Assembly (NCBI GenBank): GCA_012729055.1
Contig: JAAYDW010000037.1
Coordinates: 55,028-119,027, forward strand
DNA: 64,000 nucleotides
Direction of reading: 5' to 3'
DNA from: Deltaproteobacteria bacterium
Lineage (GTDB): Bacteria; Desulfobacterota; Syntrophia; Syntrophales; Smithellaceae
Position 1 is the first letter of the stretch. Each line of letters starts with the position of its first letter. Made by a program: the position numbers and the translations under genes. This document shows positions 36,091 to 44,242 of the stretch, in pieces. The notes beneath the pieces were generated by a model. The model was not told the DNA's origin. It did not search any database and was given only the letters and a program-made list of their open reading frames with translations.

Positions 36091-38019
36091 ATGAAAATCC
36101 TCCCCGAAGGAAGAATATCCCCCCGGGAACTGAAAAAATCAGGGGTCAAAGCCGTCCTCGATAAAATGCGCCGCATGCCGGGCTACTATCTCACCAACAC
36201 GGAGCGCGACCTCTCCCAGTCGGACTTTAAAAATCGGATGATGCCCCACACGCAAATCCTCGTCGCCCCGGAGCGCAACGCGGCCGGCTACTTTTCGCTC
36301 GAGATCACCGGCGGGGCGTCGATCCATGTCGACATGCTCCGCAAACAGATGAACCCGCTCGAAAAGCTCGACGTCCTCGCCGGCTACATGCCGGACACGC
36401 TATTCCAGACGCTTTGCCGCGGCATCAACCTGTTCGGCTATCGCCCCTATCCGGAAAACGTCATCCGCCTCACCGTGGAAACGTTCGCCCGCTACGTCCA
36501 CGTCTGGCGCGTTTTCGATTTTTTAAACTACATACCGAACATGATTCCGGTGTACGAAGAGGTCAAAAAAGCCGGCCGGATTCTCGAAGCAGCCGTGTGT
36601 TTTTCGACAGGGCCGGAGCACACCAACAAGTTTTACATCAAAAAAGTGGGCGAAATCCTGGACGTCACCGGACCGGACATTCTGCTGGCGATTAAAAACC
36701 ACGGCGGTCTGGGATCGCCCAGACGCATCGGCGAGCTGGTGCGCGCCATCTTGCAGAAGTACCCCGATCTGCTTCTTCACTACCACGGCCACAACACCGA
36801 CGGCAATGAAGTCGGCCGCATCGTGGCGGCCGTAGAGAACGGCGCGAAAATCGTGGACGCAAGCGACCACGCGCTCACCGGCTTTTACGGCCCGCCGCCC
36901 CTGCTCACCGTTATTGATACGCTCGCGGATTACGGTCATCAGGCCGTCGGCCTGGACCGGCAGGCGGTGATCGACGCCTCCAACAAACTGCGCTATGAAC
37001 GTCTCCATTACCGGGATTTCGAATCCCAGTTTTTCGGCTTCGATCCGACGGTGCAGACCCACAAGCTGCCGGGCGGCGCGACCGGCTCCAGCTTCGAACA
37101 GGCGCAGAAAGGCGGTTTTCTCGACCGCATGCCGGAAATCCTCCAAAACGAACTTCCCCGGGTGCAGGTGGAGCTCGGCAACTTCTGGAGCGTCACGCCG
37201 GGATCGCAGATCCTATGGACCACGGCAGCCAGCAATGTCCTTACGGGCGTCCGCTACAAGGACGCGAGCGACGATTTGAAAAACCTCCTGCTGGAGCGCT
37301 ACGGCAAGTTTCCGTTTTACAAACCGGCGCCGGAAATTTACGAAGCGGTTTTCGGCCGGGACTGGAAGAAAATCGTCAGAAAAGAGGCGGGCTACCAGAA
37401 AATCGAAGACGTGGATTTGCATATTGAAAAAAGACTGCTCGAGCGCGCCATCGGCCGGAAGGCAACCGAGGACGAACTGGTCCTGTACCTGCAGCATCCC
37501 AACGACGCGGTGGGCTTTTTCAAGTTCGAAGAAAAATTCGGCAAAACCTGGGTGCTGCCGCCCCAGCTCTGGTTACGCCGCGGCGGATTCAACATCGGCG
37601 ACAAATTCGAATTTCCCGACGCTTACGGCAAGTATCATTCCATTGAAATCGGCCCGCTGCGCCGCACCAAGGACGGCTCGTACATGACGGTTCTCGGCGT
37701 GGACTACCATCCGGAACCGATTCTTACCGTTGTGGAAGATGAGGCTCACGATAAAGTCAGGACCAAAACCTTCACGCCCAAGGAAATCGAAGCGCTGGCG
37801 CTGGCCGGCGATATCCGCGCGACCATGAAGGGCGTGGTCAATTCCATCCCCGTCGCCGTCGGCGAGACGGTCGGCGAAGGAGACGTTCTGGTGGTGCTGG
37901 AAGCCATGAAGATGCTTACCAACGTCGTGGCGGAAATCGGCGGCAAGGTCACGGAGATTTTCGTTTCTCCCGGAGCCTCCGTGGAGACGGGGGACAAACT
38001 GATGGCGATCGAAATCTGA
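36091..38019 (+). CDS. Carboxyltransferase (TIM-barrel, PycB/OadA-like, divergent) fused to a C-terminal biotinyl carrier domain
   Basis: 642 aa. It has HYHGHNTDGN (HxHxH), the conserved-carboxylase region HKLPGGATGSSFEQAQ...VTPGSQILW, and the C-terminal biotin attachment motif VLEAMKMLTNV. The N-terminal signature reads LTNTERDLSQS instead of the canonical DTTxRDxxQS. Confidence 0.85.
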   Translation: MKILPEGRISPRELKKSGVKAVLDKMRRMPGYYLTNTERDLSQSDFKNRMMPHTQILVAPERNAAGYFSLEITGGASIHVDMLRKQMNPLEKLDVLAGYMPDTLFQTLCRGINLFGYRPYPENVIRLTVETFARYVHVWRVFDFLNYIPNMIPVYEEVKKAGRILEAAVCFSTGPEHTNKFYIKKVGEILDVTGPDILLAIKNHGGLGSPRRIGELVRAILQKYPDLLLHYHGHNTDGNEVGRIVAAVENGAKIVDASDHALTGFYGPPPLLTVIDTLADYGHQAVGLDRQAVIDASNKLRYERLHYRDFESQFFGFDPTVQTHKLPGGATGSSFEQAQKGGFLDRMPEILQNELPRVQVELGNFWSVTPGSQILWTTAASNVLTGVRYKDASDDLKNLLLERYGKFPFYKPAPEIYEAVFGRDWKKIVRKEAGYQKIEDVDLHIEKRLLERAIGRKATEDELVLYLQHPNDAVGFFKFEEKFGKTWVLPPQLWLRRGGFNIGDKFEFPDAYGKYHSIEIGPLRRTKDGSYMTVLGVDYHPEPILTVVEDEAHDKVRTKTFTPKEIEALALAGDIRATMKGVVNSIPVAVGETVGEGDVLVVLEAMKMLTNVVAEIGGKVTEIFVSPGASVETGDKLMAIEI

Positions 38020-38037
38020 CGGACCGTTTCCGGATAT

Positions 38038-38064
38038 AAAAAGGGCGGCGCGGCCGCCCTTTTT
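38038..38064. terminator. Bidirectional rho-independent terminator between convergent genes
   Basis: AAAAA-GGGCGGC-GCG-GCCGCCC-TTTTT is a GC stem flanked by an A-run and a T-run. It lies between the stop at 38019 (+) and the stop at 38074 (-). Confidence 0.8.
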
Positions 38065-38073
38065 ATCGGCATA

Positions 38074-39819
38074 TTAGGCGGCCGGCGGCGGATTGCGCAT
38101 CTCCCGCCACTTCCGCAGCGCCAGCACAATGACGCCCGCGGAAAGAATGATCAGCGCCACGTCCGTCACCGCGAGCGCGGTGTTGTGCCTGGGAAGATAT
38201 TTAGTGACGAGCAGCGACACCAGCGAGTAAAGTGTGGTGACCATCATGAAAATCGCCGGCAGCACGGTGAACCAGGCCGTCTTCTTTCTTTTCACCAGCC
38301 AGGCGGAAACGGCGATCAGCGCCAGCGACGCCAGAAGCTGGTTCGCGGAGCCGAAAATCGGCCAGATGGCCGCAAACGCATTGGTGTAGGCCAGAATATA
38401 CATGAAAACCACGCACAGCAGCGCGTTGAAAAGATAGGACTTCATGATTCTCGGTACTTTCCTGAAAATCACCTGCCAGAGCTCTTCAAACAGATACCGG
38501 TTCAAACGGACGGCCGTGTCGAGCGTCGTCACGACAAATCCTTCCACCATTAAGATTCCGAACACCGTCCCGTAGATGGGCGGCACTCCCAGAGCTTTAT
38601 CGAGCAGGCCGCCGACGCCGAGCGAAAACGCCAGAATCGGATTGGCCTTGACGCCGACGGCGGAAGGAAAGGCAATATTGACAAAATCGGCAAAAGCGAT
38701 TCCGCAGCCGACCGCGATCATGACGCCGATGGCGAGCAGGCCCTCGAGCAGCATGCCGCCGAAAGCAATCTTTTTGACGTGCGTTTCCCTGGCTATCTGC
38801 TTGCTCGACGTTCCTCCCGCCACAAGGGCATGAAATCCGGAAACCGCGCCGCAGGCCACCGTAATAAAAAGGAAAGGCCAGATCGGCCCCAGCTTGCTCG
38901 CCCCTTGCGCCAGATTGAAGGCGGGGGCCGTAAAGGTCACACCCTTGAAACCGGCGGCCATGCCGCCGGCAAACAGTGCGATGACGCCCATATACAGCAA
39001 AAAGGAATTGGTGAAATCGCGGGGCTGCAAAATGATCCAGACGGGAATCCCCGCGGCGAAGAGCGTATAGAAGCAAAGAATGATCATCCAGATCTCCGGG
39101 TCCAGCGAAACCGGATATTTCATGCCGAATAAGATGGAGCCGATACAAACGATGACGGCCAGGGGAACGGCCAGTTTAACGCTGATGCCTTTTTTATATA
39201 CCAGCCAGCCGATGACCGGCGCAAAGGCGGTGATAATTATAAGAGAGGTTGAGGAGATGCCGCCGATTTGCGCGTTTAGCACGCCGCCGACCATGACGGT
39301 TTTAACGATGGTCTGATCGGGCGCGAGCCTCATCATCTCCAGCGGCACCAGCGACGTCAGTGAAACGGCCGTCAGTCCCAGAAAGGCGGAGGTCAGAAGC
39401 AAAAGCATCAGGATGGCGAAACTGATAAACAGGAAAAATCCCGTGTTGCCCAGAGCCTCCCTGGCGATTTCGGCAATCGACTTGCCCTTTTCCCGGACGC
39501 TCGCAAACAGCACCGTCATATCCTGGACGGCGCCGATAAAAATGGTGCCGACGACCGCCCACATCCAGACGGGCAGGTAGCCGAAAAGCAGGGCGACGGT
39601 GGGGCCGATAATCGGTCCGCCGCCGGCGATACTGGAAAAATGATGCCCGAACAAAATAAGGGGCTTGGTCGGCACATAGTCGCGATCATCCCGAAGAGCG
39701 CAGGCCGGCGTCGGATTGTCGTTGTTTTCGTTAAAAAGTGCCGCGATAAACCGCGCATAAAAACGGTAAGCCAGATAAAATAAAACCGCCGCCAGAATCA
39801 ATAAAACCGCAACATTCAT
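38074..39819 (-). CDS. cstA: Carbon starvation protein A (CstA family peptide/pyruvate transporter)
   Basis: 581 aa and polytopic. The N-terminal region FGHHFSSIAGGGPIIGP is diagnostic of CstA. Confidence 0.95.
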   Translation of the reverse strand: MNVAVLLILAAVLFYLAYRFYARFIAALFNENNDNPTPACALRDDRDYVPTKPLILFGHHFSSIAGGGPIIGPTVALLFGYLPVWMWAVVGTIFIGAVQDMTVLFASVREKGKSIAEIAREALGNTGFFLFISFAILMLLLLTSAFLGLTAVSLTSLVPLEMMRLAPDQTIVKTVMVGGVLNAQIGGISSTSLIIITAFAPVIGWLVYKKGISVKLAVPLAVIVCIGSILFGMKYPVSLDPEIWMIILCFYTLFAAGIPVWIILQPRDFTNSFLLYMGVIALFAGGMAAGFKGVTFTAPAFNLAQGASKLGPIWPFLFITVACGAVSGFHALVAGGTSSKQIARETHVKKIAFGGMLLEGLLAIGVMIAVGCGIAFADFVNIAFPSAVGVKANPILAFSLGVGGLLDKALGVPPIYGTVFGILMVEGFVVTTLDTAVRLNRYLFEELWQVIFRKVPRIMKSYLFNALLCVVFMYILAYTNAFAAIWPIFGSANQLLASLALIAVSAWLVKRKKTAWFTVLPAIFMMVTTLYSLVSLLVTKYLPRHNTALAVTDVALIILSAGVIVLALRKWREMRNPPPAA

Positions 39820-40220
39820 ACTCTCCTCCTCGTCTATTTCCGATCAGCGCAAATCCCGGCTTGCCATACGATCAAGATTGCCGTTCCTCAACATACACGG
39901 TTGTCGGATGGGGGCTCCTGCCTGCCGGTGGTTTCCCGGCGGCACAAAGAACAGTTCCCGTAAACCGGGAGATGTCGTCGGATAAGTAAGGGTAAAAAAT
40001 GGTGACGCTTTGCTATCCATGGCAATTGGGTGCACCGTAATAGTAATGCGGTATAATATACTTTGCGACGCGCGATTCAAGCTGTTTTTTTGAAACCCGA
40101 GGCAGAGCCTCCTGTTTTCATCTTGACAATCATTCAGAGGGTATGGCACAGGCAAGGTCCACAGGCTCCAGAGGCTTTCACAAGAAAGGAATCATCAAAA
40201 TAAATATAAGGAGAATGGTT

Positions 40221-41333
40221 ATGATTAAGTCAAGATTGTGCGATCTGGTCGGCATCAAGTATCCGATCATTCAGGCGGGCATGGGTCCTTTTTCCAACAA
40301 CAATCTTTGCGTGGCGGCCGCCAACGCGGGCGTTCTGGGGCTTCTCTCAACGAGCGGCCTTTTCAGCAAAGACACGCAGCCCTGGATCTATGAAGACTTT
40401 ATCAAGACGGCTGAATCCACCATGGACGACGAAATGGACGTCGTGCTCGAAAACCTGCTTAAGAGAACCTATCGTCTGACGAAGGATTCGGGAGGCATTT
40501 TCGGCATCAATACCATGGTTTCCGCGGAGCTCCGCGACAAAGCCATGGTCATGATCGACACGGCCATCAAAGTCTGCGAAGAAAATCCCGATATCCGGAA
40601 ACATTTTAAAGTCATTTTCACCTCCGCCGGCGATCCCGTCGGCCTTAAGGACAAGATTAAAGACGCCGGATTTATCTGGATGCACGTCGTTCCCTCAGTG
40701 AAGGGTGCGCAGCGCTGCAAAAAGGCGGGCGTGGACGTCATCGTCGCTTCCGGTCATGAAGGAGGCTTTCACACCTCCTGGGAGCCGGTGCATTCCATGA
40801 TTCTTCTGCCGGCGGTCGTCGAGGCCGTTTCCGACGAAAAGACCCTGGTTTGCGGGGCGGGCGGCTTTTGCGACGGCAAAACCCTGGCGGCGGCGCTTGT
40901 TCTGGGCGCGGACGGCGCGCAGATGGGCACGCGCTTTCTGGCCACCCAGGAAAGCGATTTCCATTCCATCTGGAAGCAGAGCGTTGTCGATGCAGGCGAC
41001 CGCGGCACGCTGGTGGCGCGGGGATTTGTCGGTCCGGCCCGCTGGATAAAAAATCAGCGCAGCGAGACGCATGCCGCGAACACGCTCAAAAAATCGCCCG
41101 GTGTTTTTCTGGGGACGCCGGATGATTACTCGACGCTCGATATGAGTCTCATCGATTTTGAAATCGACTCCATCCGCGCCGTCTGCACGGGCGACAAGGA
41201 AAAAGCCATGATGGCCGCCGGCGAAGCGGCGCAGCGCATCAACGACATGCCCAAAGTCGCGGACATGGTTCAGGGTATTGTCCGGGAGGCCGAGAATATT
41301 CTTCGCAGCGTGCCTGCGAAATTTCTGGGCTGA
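40221..41333 (+). CDS. Nitronate monooxygenase / FabK-like FMN oxidoreductase (NMO family)
   Basis: The start at ATG 40221 follows AAGGAG. Motifs: IKYPIIQAGMGPFS, VIVASGHEGGFHT and GADGAQMGTRFLAT. Confidence 0.85.
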   Translation: MIKSRLCDLVGIKYPIIQAGMGPFSNNNLCVAAANAGVLGLLSTSGLFSKDTQPWIYEDFIKTAESTMDDEMDVVLENLLKRTYRLTKDSGGIFGINTMVSAELRDKAMVMIDTAIKVCEENPDIRKHFKVIFTSAGDPVGLKDKIKDAGFIWMHVVPSVKGAQRCKKAGVDVIVASGHEGGFHTSWEPVHSMILLPAVVEAVSDEKTLVCGAGGFCDGKTLAAALVLGADGAQMGTRFLATQESDFHSIWKQSVVDAGDRGTLVARGFVGPARWIKNQRSETHAANTLKKSPGVFLGTPDDYSTLDMSLIDFEIDSIRAVCTGDKEKAMMAAGEAAQRINDMPKVADMVQGIVREAENILRSVPAKFLG

Positions 41334-41361
41334 GGAACAAAAGCTCCGATCCTTTTTCGGC

Positions 41362-41399
41362 GGGAAGCGGCTGCCATCGGCCGCTTCCCGCATTTTTTA
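41362..41399 (+). terminator. Rho-independent terminator
   Basis: A perfect 10-bp stem, GGGAAGCGGC/GCCGCTTCCC, with an 8-nt loop, followed by GCATTTTTTA. Confidence 0.85.
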
Positions 41400-41422
41400 T
41401 CCGTCGTTTTCTCTGTTTGTTC

Positions 41423-41451
41423 TTGACACCCTTGGTGGTTCTTCTTATACT
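41423..41451 (+). promoter_or_regulatory. Sigma-70-type promoter
   Basis: TTGACA (41423-41428), a 17-nt spacer, then TATACT (41446-41451). It lies 70 nt upstream of the crotonase ATG. Confidence 0.6.
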
Positions 41452-41521
41452 GCCTCACGCCGGAAGGAAAAAGGGTTTCTTAAAAACTAAATAAAAATCA
41501 AATACATCAGGAGGAAAAACT

Positions 41522-42304
41522 ATGGCTTTTGAGTATGAAAAATTGAAAGTGGAACAAGACGGCATGGTATTGGTAGCGGCCATCAATCACCCCCCGGCAA
41601 ACTCGATGGGACAGGGTGTTTTGAGAGACATTGATGACCTGCTCACCAAATGCGAAAAAGACGACAACGTGCGCGTCATTATCCTCACCGGAAGCGGCAA
41701 CAAACTGTTTTCGGCGGGCGCGGACATTACCGAATTCGCCAGCATTCAGGCGGGCAACGTTCCCAAATACAACGGCAACGAAATTTATTTCCGCATCGAA
41801 AATTATCCCAAAGTCATTATCGCGGCCATGCAGGGCGGCGCCTACGGCGGCGGCCTGGAGCTGGCCTGCTGCTGCCATCTGCGCATCATGGCGGAAGAAG
41901 CCACCCTGGGGCTTCCCGAAGTGAAGCTGGGCCTCAATCCCGGCTGGGGCGGAACGCAGCGCCTGCCGCGTTTTATCGGCAAGACCAAAGCCCTGGAACT
42001 GATGCTGACCGGCGACTTCATGTCCTCCAAGGAAGCCTGTACGCTGGGCCTTCTGAACAAGGTCGTTCCGCAGGCGGAAGTTCTGGAAACCGCCAAAAAA
42101 CTGGCCAAAAAACTGGCCGCCGGCGCTCCGGTCGCCCAGCGCGAAATCATGCGGGCGGTGCGGGAAGGCCTCGAGACCACAACGTTTGAGGGCGTCATGA
42201 AAGTGGAATTCAGCGCCAGCAAAGCGCTGCAGTTCACCGAGGACTTCAAGGAAGGCGCCAAGGCTTTCCTCGAAAAGAGACCTCCGGCTTTCAAGGGCCG
42301 CTAG
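41522..42304 (+). CDS. Enoyl-CoA hydratase/isomerase (crotonase family)
   Basis: 260 aa. Motifs: VIILTGSGNKLFSAGADITEF and IAAMQGGAYGGGLELACCCHLRIMAE. Confidence 0.9.
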   Translation: MAFEYEKLKVEQDGMVLVAAINHPPANSMGQGVLRDIDDLLTKCEKDDNVRVIILTGSGNKLFSAGADITEFASIQAGNVPKYNGNEIYFRIENYPKVIIAAMQGGAYGGGLELACCCHLRIMAEEATLGLPEVKLGLNPGWGGTQRLPRFIGKTKALELMLTGDFMSSKEACTLGLLNKVVPQAEVLETAKKLAKKLAAGAPVAQREIMRAVREGLETTTFEGVMKVEFSASKALQFTEDFKEGAKAFLEKRPPAFKGR

Positions 42305-42332
42305 CGTTCTTTTAGAACGTCAACATTTTGAA

Positions 42333-42375
42333 AAGGCGACGGAGTTTTCAATTCCGCCGCCTTTTTTTCTTTTTC
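42333..42375 (+). terminator. Rho-independent terminator
   Basis: The stem AAGGCGACGGAG...TTCCGCCGCCTT (one mismatch) is followed by a TTTTTCTTTTT run. Confidence 0.75.
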
Positions 42376-42548
42376 CCGCCGCGCGCCGGACACAAAACCC
42401 CGATTGGACAAATCGTGATTGACAGAAGCCCTGTTTTCTGTCTAAGACCCCCTCTACTGCTGCGGAAGGAAAATTCGGGCCGCACTCGACCGGATTAAAA
42501 TCGCGTAGCCGTATTTTCTTCTCTCCGAGAGCTTTGCACAACTCACTT

Positions 42549-43948
42549 GGTTATTTATTTGCCTGATCAATGTTACCCCGAATATCCTTTGAGTTAATCA
42601 GCCTGAAAAATACGATAATGTATTGATAATATTCATTATTTATATTGACAAACGCATTGTTTTCTGGCATGATTCGTTTAAATTAAATCGTTTGGAGGAA
42701 TCATGGGCTTTAAAAATATGAAAACCAATCTCACCTTCGCCGACATCTCCATTTTTAACTCCCTGGAAAAGAACAGGGCCATCCAAAGAATGGAAGATAT
42801 CAATCGGACCGTTGATTGGTCCAGAATCGAAACGCTCTTGCTCAGAAACTACCCCGTCGGTAAAAGCTTTGAGGGCAACAGCGCCTACCCGCCTCTCTTC
42901 CTGATGAAATGCCTGCTGCTTCAGCAATGGTTTAAAATCGACTCCGATCCCGAACTGGAAACCCAGATCAACGACAGGAATTCCTTCAAAAAGTTCCTGG
43001 GCCTTTCTTTTGATGATGTCGCTCCCGATCATTCGACTTTCTCCAGGTTCAGAGGAAGGTTTTCTAAAGATACGATGCGCATGGTCAATCATGAACTTCT
43101 CTCACAATTTACCGCCAAAGGACTGACTATCAATGAAGGCATTGCCATTGATGCCCGCCTGGTGCAATCCGCTTCCCATCCACTTAGCAATCAAAGACTT
43201 CAAGAAGAAAAACTGAAACAGCAGACACCGGAAGGCAAAGTGGATAAGAACGGTAAGGCGCTTAAGTTCTCCCGCGATCTGGAATCGGATTGGACGGTAA
43301 AAAACGATGTCGCTCATTTCGGGCTTAAGGAACATGCTTCTGTGGATACTCGCTATGGTTTTGTTCTCTCCACGGAGATGACACCTGCTTCTCGTCATGA
43401 CAGTCCTTATCTTCCTCTTTGTGTTGCCGGCAGTTGTCATACCCAAGAACCCATTAAAAAGGTGTTTGCGGATAAAGGATATTTTGGAAAACCGAATCGG
43501 GAGTTTCTTGCCTTGAACAAGATCGAAGACGGCATCATGCGCAAGGCGACAACCGGGACAGAACTTACGGAATATGAAACAGAACGCAACAAAGCGATTT
43601 CCAAAGTCCGGTATATTGTTGAACAGTATTTTGGACTTTCCCATTTACACAACAACGCCTTCCGAGCCAGGTTTCCGAGAATGATCAAAAATGCCATAGA
43701 TGTCCTGTTCAGGCAAATGGCGTTTAATCTCGCACGGGCTTCAAAGATACTCAAACCGGCATGACCCAGGGAGGCGTGAGTGTAATGCACGGAAAAACCG
43801 GTAATCCACGATAAATGAGGTTGTATATGGAGGAAAAATGAACTCTTCATAACCCTTTCAACTGATTCGAAGCCGATTTATCGGCCGGAATCGAAATGCG
43901 ATACTCGAAAAAATTTGCTCAAAAAAATCCATCTCTCAAAAATAAGCC
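42549..43948 (+). mobile_element. IS5-family insertion sequence (boundaries approximate)
   Basis: A visibly AT-richer block of about 1.4 kb carries a single DDE transposase gene. The tentative imperfect terminal repeats are GGTTATTTATTTG (left) and the reverse complement of CAAAAATAAGCC (right). No clear target-site duplication was found. Confidence 0.4.
42703..43764 (+). CDS. IS5-family DDE transposase
   Basis: 353 aa. It has an InsH-type N-terminal domain (YPPLFLMKCLLLQQWFKIDSDPELETQINDRNSFKKFLGL...PDHSTFSRFR). The DDE core is visible (IAIDARLV, FADKGYFG, YIVEQYFG). Confidence 0.9.
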   Translation: MGFKNMKTNLTFADISIFNSLEKNRAIQRMEDINRTVDWSRIETLLLRNYPVGKSFEGNSAYPPLFLMKCLLLQQWFKIDSDPELETQINDRNSFKKFLGLSFDDVAPDHSTFSRFRGRFSKDTMRMVNHELLSQFTAKGLTINEGIAIDARLVQSASHPLSNQRLQEEKLKQQTPEGKVDKNGKALKFSRDLESDWTVKNDVAHFGLKEHASVDTRYGFVLSTEMTPASRHDSPYLPLCVAGSCHTQEPIKKVFADKGYFGKPNREFLALNKIEDGIMRKATTGTELTEYETERNKAISKVRYIVEQYFGLSHLHNNAFRARFPRMIKNAIDVLFRQMAFNLARASKILKPA

Positions 43949-44236
43949 TTTGTTCAAACCTCTCTCTCCGCCGCCGGATACAGAGATATCAGTCCCTCCC
44001 TGCAACATGCGGCTGCATCCGGCGCAGCAGCGGTAAGAGCCTCCGGCGGCGCTCCTGAGGCAGACCGTCGCAAAGCTTTCCCCGATCCCCTTCCCGTTGT
44101 TTTGGCCTGCGGGGTCAGTGACTTCTATCGGAAAGACCTCGATGTCATGTTTGGAGTTACGCCGGACAACAGATGTCTTTAAGTCTTCAGCGCCGCAGGA
44201 ATAGAATGACATCGGATATTTGAACGCTCGGATCAC
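43919..44236 (-). CDS. Hypothetical small Cys-rich protein, possibly 3'-truncated by the IS
   Basis: A 105-aa ORF, the only long frame in this gap, with moderately GC3-rich codons. It contains CLRS...YRCCAGC. The last ~10 codons lie in the AT-rich IS-proximal sequence. I do not recognise a family. Confidence 0.25.
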   Translation of the reverse strand: MIRAFKYPMSFYSCGAEDLKTSVVRRNSKHDIEVFPIEVTDPAGQNNGKGIGESFATVCLRSAAGGSYRCCAGCSRMLQGGTDISVSGGGERGLNKGLFLRDGFF

Positions 44237-44242
44237 AGGCCC

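Noticed and set aside
40020-40034. TGGCAATTGGGTGCA as a sigma-54 promoter in the cstA/NMO divergent region.
   Set aside because: The GG-to-GC spacing is 9 nt rather than 10, and the -12 element is not TTGC.
39844-40155. A 103-aa minus-strand ORF in the cstA/NMO divergent intergenic region.
   Set aside because: It has no RBS, mixed codon bias and no recognisable motif. The region more likely holds the two promoters; TATAAT is present at 40052-40057.
40143-40158. TGGCACAGGCAAGGTC, looking like a sigma-54 -24 element upstream of the NMO-family gene.
   Set aside because: There is no TTGC at the required spacing (AGGT instead). It also coincides with the spurious ORF-track start codon region.
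42320-42541. A 73-aa minus-strand ORF that might continue the 105-aa ORF across the IS.
   Set aside because: It reads straight through the crotonase terminator hairpin and T-run (giving AAGKRKKGGG). Frames do not join cleanly, and it is most likely non-coding.
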